Shown here: positions 26,875 through 37,338 of the stretch, piece by piece | Position numbering within the stretch: the first letter of the stretch is position 1 | Layout of the letters: the number at the start of each line of letters is the position of its first letter | NCBI RefSeq assembly: GCF_000002075.1 | Contig: NW_004797322.1 | Span: forward strand, 102,386-166,385 | Reading direction: 5' to 3' | Length of the DNA: 64,000 nt | Source of the DNA: Aplysia californica | Lineage: Eukaryota | Position numbers and translations under genes: made by a program | Notes under the pieces: generated by a model | The model's input: only the letters and a program-made list of their open reading frames with translations | Told to the model about the DNA's origin: nothing | Database searches by the model: none

Positions 26875-27385
26875 GATACTTTTACTTTTTTACTTTGGTA
26901 TCCGTAGGATGTCGAAGGGAGGTGCCTCCGAGGTGCAGGTTTCAGTCCTATGCTAGGCGTGTAGCGTCTCGTCTGTACCGTGATGTCATTCCAGGACCTT
27001 TTTTAACCCTATCCAGCTAGGTCTTTCTTTCCTCCTAGCCCGGTTCATGGGTGCTAGCCGCTAGTTGTTTCCGGGGCATTCTGGTTAGATGTCTGAACCA
27101 ATTGACTCATTGACGCTCTATGACTATGAACGTTATTACTGGTGGTATTCCGATTCCGATTTGAAGGCGTATGGTCTTTTTCCTTTTATGCGGTATCTTC
27201 TGGTGACGTTGATGGTTTTGCGGAGACACCTCATTTCGCATGCATTGAATATGTAGCCTATTCTTTCTTGTGCCGTGTTTAGAGACAATGTTTGACACTG
27301 GTATGTTAATGTTGATATGAAGATGCTATTGATGAGCTGGGATTTCACTTTAGTTAGGGTGTTCTTGTGACTGAGCACGGGTGCT
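26875..27385 (-). mobile_element. RTE-like LINE 3' fragment
   Basis: SIFISTLTYQCQT...ACEMRCLRKTINVTR; same tail as the other RTE copies. Confidence 0.75.
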
Positions 27386-27584
27386 TGCTGCACACCCTTG
27401 CTTGAGTTAGCCACAATTTCCTCATTTCGGGAACACTTCAGCTCATGGTTGCGGACCACGCCCTTCGACTTGTGAACTTTTCGTGCCGCTTGGATACACA
27501 AGGAATACCACTGAAAGTCGTGGTCTTATCAAGTCCGGACAGTTCTTTTTACGATGCGGATTTGACGAGGAGTGCAAATAACTT

Positions 27585-28500
27585 AAAATAACATGTAAAA
27601 TTTTGAACAATGTAATTTACAATTTTCCATACTTTATAAAATCAAGGATTCTGTTGGGATCAACGACGGAAAACAGGTCTTGCAGTTTTTTGCATCTAAA
27701 ATATTTCCTTCGGGTGTCTTCGAAGTCTAGACATTCTGTTAAAATGTGTCTAATGCCAATGGTAAAACCTGTGTCGCACCCGACACAAAACGGCTTCTCT
27801 TCTCCCTGGCCTGAAGTAGATATTTGTGTCAGATGCGTATTCGAGTAAAAATGACTTTGTCTCTTCTGGAGAGGCCCGAAAGTTTTCGTGGACCCAGTTT
27901 GGGCTTATGTTGTGAAGTTTGTTGTTTATTTGTTTTTTCCAATGACTCTCCCACATACTGGAGGTGTAGTTTTTTACTTTATTTTTAGAGTCAGTGGTAG
28001 AGTGTTCGTCGTCGATCCCAACAGAAAGGACAAGGATTCCTTCGCCAGGAGGTCCACTTGCTCGTTTCCTTGGATGCCCACATGGCTTGGAAGCCATGCG
28101 AACACGATACTTTTCCCGGTTTCAGCCAAAGCGTGTAATATTTGTTGTAACCTAACTATTTTTGGGTGTGTAGGTTTTAAGCGAGGTAATGTAAGACAAA
28201 GAGTCAGATAGGATAAGAAAAGATTTGTTAGGAGAATTTTCTACTTCTACGGAGTCCAGTGCCATGTCAATGTTGTTTTGGAATTTGTTTATGGTGTCTG
28301 GGTTTGTTCTGCAAATACAGTCGTGTGCTGGGTTCTCTGGTGTCGAGCTTTGTATTATAATTGAAATTTTGTATTGTAGTTGTAGTGAGAGTTGTGTGCG
28401 TCTGACGAGTGATGGCATGTTTGCCTCGGCCTGGAGGCTCTCCACTGGAGAAGTGCGGAAAGCCCCCAGTACAGGGTGAGACGGAGTCCTTAGCTTTGTT
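27585..28500 (-). mobile_element. I-group (Nimb-like) LINE RNase H fragment, degenerate
   Basis: LGAFRTSPVESL, ILSDSLS, AWLPSHVG; paralogous to the 47 kb and 56.7 kb copies. Confidence 0.8.
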
Positions 28501-28682
28501 AACTTTGTACTGGGTCTAGCATCTTCAGGATGTGGGGTTTTGCCGATCCATAGACCTGACAGCAATAATATATAATTATTATCAGATCTATAATTGTTAA
28601 AATGTACTATACCCGAATCATCATTACTAAAGGTAGTGGTATTGGTAGAGAGGAGGTAGCAGCAGCAGCGGTAAAAGTAAAT

Positions 28683-28799
28683 TGTAGTAGTAGTAGTAGT
28701 AGTAGAAATAGAAGTAGTAGTAGTAGTAGTAGTAGAAATAGAAGTAGTAGTAGTAGTAGTACGACGAGTGGTAGTAGTAGTAGTAGGAGTACAGTGGTG

Positions 28800-28839
<40 letters not shown>

Positions 28840-28860
28840 GAGGAGGAGGAGGAGGAGAGG
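28683..28860. repeat. Compound (GTA)/(GTG)/(GGA) microsatellite
   Basis: Direct repeats. Confidence 0.9.
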
Positions 28861-29229
28861 GTCAGCAAAAAAGCACTCGTCAGACTAAAAATAATAGCGC
28901 CAAACAAAAAGAGAAAACACATACACACACAAAACGCTTTGCATCACTGAAAAAATACTTTATTTTGATTTTTTAAAAACATCAACAGTCATCCTACCAA
29001 GACCAAGGTCTACAACTCAAATTCAAAGTTAAATTGGATTTACAATCACAAATGTACAATTTTATGACACCTCTCATTATACTCAATATAAATTAATTTA
29101 ACATTTTGTATAGTAACCAAGAGACAGGAAGAAGTGAACCCAATGGAGTCTTTAGTCCCCTCTCTAGCTTCAACAGCATAAAGTCTGCCTCGACTATCAA
29201 GCATGGGTGAAAGTACTGACAGTGACAGG

Positions 29230-30650
29230 TTAAAAAAAACTTGGTGTCAGACAGCCCTCTCTGCTGAGGTGGAGGAAGAACTTGTAAACCATCTCCTTGT
29301 CTGTGCTGACTACGGCATACCCCTTGAGAAAAGTGACGTAAAACTTATTGTGAAACAGCATTTGAGGAGTACTGAGCAGACAGTTTCCGTCTTTAAAGAC
29401 AACACACCTAGTGATGACTGGGTCAACCAGTTCATTAAACGTCATGAAGTGCTGTCAAACAGGATGTGCCAAACTATAAAGAGGGCAAGGGCTGTGGTCA
29501 ATCCAGAGGAGGTGAAGTATTTTGATAATTCAAGACTTCTTTGGATGCTGTGCCATTAGGCAATATTCTGAACAATGATGAGACAAAATTTAGCGGATGA
29601 ACCGCGGAGGAAGAAATGCATATTATATCTAGGAGGGGCGAGAAATACCCAGGAAGGGTGATACATTTTTCAAAGGGTAACATTTCAGTAATGTTTGCAG
29701 GCACTGCAGATGGTGAAATGATGACTCCATTTGTTGTATACAAAGCCACACATTTGTGAGAATCTTGGTGCAATGGGGGACCTAAAGGAACAAGATTCAG
29801 CAGAAGTAAGAGTGGGTGGATGGATGGAGAGAACTTTGAGGAATGGTCTTTAACAATCGTTGTGCCCAGGGCTCGTCGGCGAGAGGGTCCGAAAGTCATC
29901 ATCGGAGACAACCTCAGCTCCAACCTTAGTGGTCCAGTGATAGATAAGTGCGGTGATCATAACATCCGGGTCGTCCTCCTGCCCCCCAACAGCACGGACA
30001 AATGTCAGCCATTGGATGTATCGTTCTTTGGCCCTATGAAAAATGAAAAGGGAGTGGCAGAAGGTTATGGAGCAACACAAGATGTCTCACCCAACATCAA
30101 CTTCTTTAGGTAGTATTTCCATGTCTACTCTCAAAAAGCTAATATGAGAGAATGGGAATGAAGATGCCCCACAACCTAATCTCTGGATTCCACGCATGTG
30201 GTATCGCACCGCTCAACGCTGATGCGGTGTTGAAAAAAAATCCAGCTGCTACTCAGGGAGAGAACGAACGGAGGGTGGGGAGGGTATCCGAGGCAGTTCT
30301 CGAGTACCTACAAAAGTTCAAGTACTCACCAAGAGGCAAGCAGACACCTCGTGGATCCCGCAAATCGAGCCTGGGAAGTCGGTAACAGCAGCAGATCTTC
30401 AAAGTGCTTCTCGCCCATCTTCTAGCGACACCAGTGCTGCTTCATCTGCTACTGGTGCCTCTGCCAGTGCCGCCTCACCAACAGCCTTACCCACAGCTTC
30501 ACCTGTTTGTGAACCTGCCAGTGCCAGTGCTAGTGAGTCTGGCCATTCTGACGAGAACATCAGTGAGGACAGCGACGAGGAATGGCAGCCTCCCAGAAAA
30601 GCACCAAGAAATCTGGTCACTGACTTTTAAGATCAATATGCCTGGTTAAT
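29230..30650 (+). pseudogene. pogo/Tigger (CENP-B HTH + DDE_1) transposase relic
   Basis: TALSAEVEEEL...FKDNTPSDDWV..F..RH; NNDET; SGWMDGENFEEW; IIGDNLSS; LPPNSTDKCQPLDVSFFGP; ISGFHACGIAP. Multiple frameshifts. Confidence 0.88.
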
Positions 30651-31084
30651 GAAGCAGTACATTTCTTGCTCTTTTTTTATGCTCTATAGACTTTGTAATT
30701 TTGTATGCTTGATGTCTAAATCAGGAGAAACGGCCAACCTGTCTTTTCTGCTTACATGTACCTTTACCGGTACCATTTGGTTTTCTATGCTTCGATTTAG
30801 ATGCACCGGCAGGTATGTATGTGTGTGTGAAGGGAGGGGGGGAAAGAAAGAGGGATAGAGAGGGCGGAAATGGGAGAGGAAAGAGAGACAAAGAGAGAGA
30901 GAGAGAGGGAGAGAGAGGTAGGAGCTGCTTATTGTATTATTTATCAATTTACTTTGACTCAATAGCTTTGAAATTATGAATTGCTTAGCTTCATTTTTTT
31001 CTCATTTGTGATTAGTTTCATTGATTTTTGTTTGGGTCTATTCTTATAACAGTGGATCTCTCACCTATGCTAATCCATGCAAAG

Positions 31085-31315
31085 TATAGGGTTTTACGGC
31101 GCTCGCAACTGCTAAGGCCATATGAGCGCGCGAAACACAAGTTGTTTACTTCCGCAAAAGTTCGCTGCACGATTGGTTAACTAATTTATTCTAAAATGCT
31201 AAAATGTTAAAATATTAAAATTGAGTGTAAATATATTTGTGATTTAAAACAACTCTTATAAGTAACAATAACAATTTTAGATAGTACGTTTTCATTTTAC
31301 AATTTGCCATAAAGG
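31085..31315 (-). mobile_element. I-group LINE 3' UTR fragment
   Basis: Closely similar to 47060-47295 and 56525-56760; ends IGLYGKL-like on the - strand. Confidence 0.8.
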
Positions 31316-33660
31316 CCAAGATCTTTTGCTGAAGATGAGAATCTCGTTGCAATAGAAGATATTTTGCCCGATGAGTCCCATGACCCTGAATCGACATCTA
31401 CATTTGATGAGACATCAAATGAAATTATTATCAATCTGAAGAAAAAACTGTGTGCGGAAAGAGCCAAGAACTGGCGTCTGAAGAAAAAAATGAAAAAACC
31501 TACTTGTGCTGAAAAAACAAAAAAGGCCGACACAACCTTCACTGAGGACATGAGTACTTTAAGTGCTTTGCTAGATAAATATCTGCCCAAACATGCTCAG
31601 AACTTTGTCCTGTCCCAAGTATGTATGAGCAAGCTTGGTAAGAATGCTCGTAGGTGGAAATACCATGAAAAGAGTTTTGCTCTGTCAATATACCATGCAA
31701 GCAGAAAAGCCTACCGCCTCCTACAGCAAGTCTTTCACCTGCCCAGTCCTAAGACTTTAACTAAGTCGGTGAAAAATGTGAACATCCACCCAGGAATAAG
31801 TGAAAACATGCTAAAACTATTTAAGATCAAAGTAGACGCAATGTCTGAGCAGGAGAAGGTTTGCGCTATCATGTTTGATGAAATGTCTATTCAGCAAAGT
31901 GCGGTGTATGATCCTTCGGGGGATTTGGTGGAAGGTTTTGAGGATTTCGGAGTCCTTGGAAGATCTCAGCATCAGGCAAACCACGCCCTTGTCTTTATGA
32001 TTCGTGGCTTAACCATGAAGTGGAAACAGCCTATCTCTTATGCCTTATCAAAAGGACTCACTAAACACAAAATGTTAACTACTTTGACTGTAGATGTCAT
32101 TAAAAAAGTGTTAGAAATTGGGCTGATCCCAAAAGTGTTAGTATGTGACCAGGACACAAACAATCGTGCCGTATTTCATCAACTTCGGGTGACGACAAAA
32201 GAGCCGTATTTCATCTTGATAGGTCACAAAATTTTCTGTTTGTATGATGACCCTCCTCATTTAATATAATAATAATAATAATAGATAGCATTTGTATAGC
32301 GCATATCCCCGCTCAACAGCAGGCTCTATGCGCTTTACACTATATTATTACCCCAGCAGACCATAGAACACTCCGAAACATTCTCAGCTTCCCGGGAAGC
32401 ATACAGTGCGAGCAGCCGATTAAGCGCTCAAACACTAACAAACTGACAAGATCTTTCGCTGTCTATAGCCGGGTACCCATTCCCACCTGGGTGAAGTGAG
32501 GAAAATTCGTGTAAAGTGCCTTTCCCAAGGACACAACGTCGGGCCCTTGACGGGATTCGAACCCACGACCTTACGGTTGCGAGTCCGAGAGCCTAACCAC
32601 TAGGCCACCGAGTGTACGCAACAACATGAAGAGGACAGGCTTTGAGGTTGGTGGAGAAGATGTCTCCTGGAAATACATTGAAGAATTTTATTCAATGGAT
32701 TCGAAGCAGAGTGTCAGAATGGCACCGAAACTTACCAACCGCCACATTCGGTTGCCTGCCTTTGCTCACCTCAGCGTCTCGCTTGCGACACAAGTACTAA
32801 GCCACACAGTCGCTGCAGGAATTAACTCCATGATGCCCATGGGAGCGCTACCACAAGAAGCCAGACACACAGTCAGTTTTATTAAGCAGTTTGACAAGCT
32901 ATTTAACTGTTTCAACAGCAGGTCTCTTTCGAGCAGTGGTCCGCTGAGACATGCTATCACACCTGGCTCACAACATGTCAAGTTCCTTGAGCAGATAGCA
33001 CTCTGGTTGGAGACAGTAAAATAAAAAAATAAAACTGGCACACTACCATGTATCGAAGGCTGGAAACTCTCTGTAAATTGTTTGTTACAGCTGTGGGAAG
33101 AGCTCAAAGCAGTACACAACTTCCATCATCTAGTCACCAGTAGACTAAACCAAGACTGTTTGGAGAATTTGTTTTCCATCATTAGAGGAAAAGGAGGACA
33201 CCGGTTCAACCCGGATGCTAAGAATTTCAGGAGCAGCCTCAGGCAAGTGATGGTGAACTCAGTCATGGTTGCAGGAGAGCGGAAAAATTGCAAAGACGAC
33301 CTGGATGCATTTTTGTTCAACATTGAACATATCACCAGCAAAGGAGCTCCCAGCACTGTGAGGACTAGGTTACAACAAGATGTGCCCAAGCAACTCCAGC
33401 AAGCCATGATAACAACCCCAGAAACTGTTTTCACGCAATCTGAAGAGAACATATTGGCATACATTGGTGGCTATGTATCCTCCAAACTTCGGCCCATCCT
33501 CTGCGAGAGCTGTGTGAATCTTGTTTCCTCAAACAAAGATGCTTCCAATGTGACCACACCTTTCTGCTAGAGAAAAATTTTGACTATGCCAAAGTTGGTT
33601 TACAAGCACCATCTCCAGCTCTTCAGCATCTTCTCTCCACTATGGAAGACTCTCTTCTTC
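31316..33660 (+). pseudogene. P-element (THAP9-like) transposase, 5'-truncated and interrupted by a SINE
   Basis: AYRLLQQVFHLPS, IMFDEMSI, ANHALVFMIRGL..KWKQP, VCDQ, DPPHLI/SVRNN, APKLT, VSLATQVLSHTVA, FDKLFNCFNS, RLNQDCLENLFSIIR..GG...NP, YIGGY. Internal stop near 33022. Confidence 0.92.
32266..32610 (-). mobile_element. tRNA-derived CORE-type SINE with L2-like tail
   Basis: On - strand: GGTGGCCTAGTGGTTAGG (A box), GGTTCGAATCCC (B box), TGTGTCCTTGGGAAAGGCACTT..CCAGGTG..AATGGGTACC (CORE-like), GTAAAGCGC...GCGCTATACAAATGC(TAT)n. Confidence 0.88.
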
Positions 33661-33669
33661 TATCACAAA

Positions 33670-33860
33670 CTGCTCGGTCGCGATAATGCGTACAAAAAAA
33701 ACAACTTCAGTACAGTTGGACATTGAAAATGCAGAAACAGGTGTGCTTGCCTGCACTGTCCTCCACAATTTTGTTCTGCAGCGAGAGTCAGAGGCTGTTG
33801 CAGACCACGAGCAGTGGGAGCGGCATCCACTCTCCCACGACCAGGCTTCAGGGGTCGGCC
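33670..33860 (+). pseudogene. Harbinger (HARBI1-like) transposase C-terminal fragment
   Basis: ENAETGVLACTVLHNFV matches the ACxxLHNF motif. Confidence 0.5.
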
Positions 33861-36059
33861 ACAAGCCTATGCTACATTGGTGCAGGATAAGTTTAATAAC
33901 TTTTTAAATGTCCTTTGGCAATACTAAGGTGCAATGAATTTGAAAGCACAAGTTTTGGATGATTTTGCTTGCTTGTTTGTTTATATTAAGTTGGTTTATT
34001 TGTCTCATGTCCCTTTTTCGGATGCCATATCAGCCATCTTAACAATTCAATCGCCCTCAATTTTTATCTTCCTTCCAAGTAAGAATCAAGCAAGAATTTG
34101 TCTTCAACCCTTCAACAAGATCAGGTGACTACTCTTTTGAAGGCGGAGACCTACAGCAACCCCCCCCCCCCCCCACAAGTCATTTTATAGGAGTTTCTTT
34201 GAATACTCTGCTGAAATGGTGAAGGAAATGGACAAAGAAGTGGCCATTGTGGCAATATCAGAAATTCATTCCACAAAGGTTAAATATTCATCGGAACCCT
34301 CACAATAATTTCCCTATCCTTCCCTCTTTTTCTGTCTTTTTTCTGTGTTGTGTGGACAGGTCTGTCAAGGTAAAAATCTACACATTCATAATAATGCAGG
34401 GAGATACGATAAAGAGAATACGTCAAAATCATCTCCCGATATTTCAAAAACGAAAACAATAGAAAACTTTAGCGTGGACACATGTGTTTGTACATCAACA
34501 TACCTTTCACGTTTTTATTTCATGTTTTACAAGTGCTCAATGTGGCCACCACCGACAGCACGGACAACATCAAGCTGATGAGAGTTCCTCCTGATCACGC
34601 AACAGGATGTCTGGTATGGGATGGGACGCCTCAATCTAGTGGTTTGTTTTTCGATTGTTGGTCCAACTGAAGACAACAGGAGATTAACAGGCAATAAAAT
34701 GGTGCAACTGGTCACAATACGCTACACGAGATTTGAAGAGGGAGGGAGAGCCAGTGTTGGGCACACTACACTACAAAACAATACCCCCCATGTGCAGGGC
34801 TAAAGAGGGGTGGGGGTGTGTCTTCCTCTCTCTCTCTCCACTGTCTGTAAATCTGGAAAAGCAAAAAGAGAGTTTTTAGAAATGGAGGTGCAGTAAAGCA
34901 TTCGGAAAGAGCATTGTACAAAAAGGAAAGCATTAAAATAACAACGTACTTTAGCTACCAAGGGGCGATATATTCTTCTCACTTGTCATGGTCAAAGTTT
35001 ATTGAAAACCTATGTTGTAAAGTAGCAAGGCTCACTTCCAGAGCAAGGTGGTCAGGTAAAAGATTATGAGCACTTGGACTTTGTACGGTTGTGAAGTACG
35101 AGGTATGAAGAAATATATGACAAAACAGAGCAGGTGCACTTAAAATTCTGGATTTTGTTTGAGTGAACCCCAAAAATGGCTTTTCATTCAATATCAAAGG
35201 AGATGGGAAAATGGCAGAACCATAAAAACGTTCAAAATGTTGTAACTTCGAATTTTATAATCTCGGTATCAAATTAATCCGAAAAACAAGCTCTCGCAAA
35301 GTAAATCATTTTCACAGTTCTAAGCATTGGGTGAAACTTTGGGTTTTGGGGTGTCTACATTGATGTAGTTGAGAGCCTGGGCGACGAGGAAATTCAGCTT
35401 CCCGTCAAACCCTGTCATTTCTCACCATCTAAAATTGTTGGACGGGAAAAAGGAAAAGGACGTCATAACCAAGTGTGACTCAACAAAAAACAAGAATAGC
35501 AGCCAGGGGAGAAAGAGATCTCCTCACGTGTGCCCTGCTCGCCTACATGGTAACAGTTTTGCTATTTATACCACAGGTATTCTAGTCCCTGCGGAATATA
35601 AGGAAACTGTGCTACAGTTTATTGAACTTTACCGAATGCTAGCCGTCTTGTGGAAAGTGAAATAAAAAGAGTATAGTATAGTAACAAGTAAAGAAGAGAG
35701 CTCGCATACTCAGCATATTGCGCCCTAAACCTTATGGTTGAAACTGGCAAAAAACTCTTTGTAGTACCTTACCTGTACAAAGAGAATGTCTTTTATATAT
35801 TAAATATATATATATGGGTTTCTCTTTCTCTACGTTTAAGTGTATGGGTGCGATCCACCCATGTTGTCAGGAATCAGATAAAATCATTTTTTCCTATATG
35901 TGGACTATACGGGTGTGATCCACCCATGTTGTCAGGAATGTGATGGGAAATATGTTGTCAGGGATAGGGTTAAGAAACTCCAAGACCAAGTTTTTAAGGA
36001 ACCATCACTTCCTTTTCATTTCCATCATGGCTGGCTTGAGGGCAGGTAAGATTGTGTTC

Positions 36060-37338
36060 TTGTCATCGGTTTTTATACTTGAAGCAAGCAACCCCATCGG
36101 CTTAATATGAAGCGAGTGACCCTTCAGATCTCTTGACATCTGTGTGTGCTGTGACATTTATCGATTGAAGTGGTTATATTTTACATATATTATATCTAGA
36201 AATTTCAATTGTCTCCACTGTTGGGTCCAGCCATCACATGATCTCACATTGTTTTCCAAGATGTCCATCATGACAATAACGAAGGTTCTTGTCATTGGTA
36301 TCGAGCAACCCTAGATTATTCTAAAATATCTCATAATTACTTGTTTCTAAACCCATGTGAACCTATATATATTCAATTATTATTTCATGTGGTGAATTCC
36401 AATTGGTGCCATAGTAATAGTCACGATGTTCAGAGGTTAAGGATCACTGCCATTGTTGGGGTTGCTTGCTGTTTATTTCTACAATCTAGGGTATGACAAT
36501 ACTGAAGGTTCTTGTCAGTGGTAGCTAGCGACCCTAAATCGGATAAAACGTCTCATAATATTGGTTATAAAGTGATGTGGATGTGATACTCATCTTTTTT
36601 TTGGATTTGATGAATTCCAATTGGATCTGTAATAATTTTCAAGTTGTTCAGGATTAAGGATCAGTGAACTTAGGGGTTGCTTGCTCTTTATTTTCTTAGA
36701 TAAAAATTATGACAACAATGGAGATTATTGTCAGTGGTAGCCAGCAACCCTAGATGAGATAGAATATTTCATATTAGAGGTTCTAAAGTGATATGGACTG
36801 TTAACATAACATTTGTTTAAAGTAATTAATTTAAATTTGTGCCGTCATAATTGTTTTTGTTGCTCTGAATGCAGGATCACTGAAATGTAGGGGTTGCTTG
36901 CTCATTGTTTTCTTAGGTAAAATTATGACAACAATGGAGATTATTGTCAGTTGTAGCCAGCAACCCTAGATGAGATAGAATTCCCGTATTATTGGTTCTG
37001 AAGTGGTGTGGACCTTAAATTTAATGTTTATGACATATAATGAATTCAAATCAGTGCCATAGTAATATCTCTGTCGTACAGGATTAAGGGTCACTAGATA
37101 GCAGGGGTCACTTGTTTATAATTTTCTTATGACAAGAACTCTCTTGTCATTAGTAGCTGGTAACCCTAGGTGAGATGGAATGTCTCATATAAACTATTTG
37201 GGCCTTATTAATTCAATTAGGACTTCAATATAGTGAATCCCCATGGGTGCCACAGTAATATTCTTGTAGTGTAGGATTTGGGATCATGTAAGAATGGGGT
37301 TGCTTGCTTCGCTTTTATGAAATCTGGTTCGATGACAA
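36060..37338. repeat. Intronic tandem array of ~203-223-bp units with hairpin-forming junctions, closed by inverted repeats
   Basis: ATGACAA recurs at 36270, 36493, 36709, 36925, 37129 and 37332. Each unit has TTGTCA, GCAACCCTA, TGAATTCC, GGATCACTG and GGGGTTGCTTGC variants. Perfect 17-bp IR at 36081-36097 / 37294-37310. Confidence 0.9.

Noticed and set aside
28152-28976. Long ORFs of 258 aa and 124 aa
   Set aside because: Microsatellite read-through joined to a LINE relic.
36060-37338. Array as CRISPR, hammerhead ribozymes or C/D-box guide RNAs
   Set aside because: Eukaryotic context with no cas genes, and the spacers are homologous to each other. No intact CUGANGA/GAAA core, and no consistent RUGAUGA/CUGA boxes across units.
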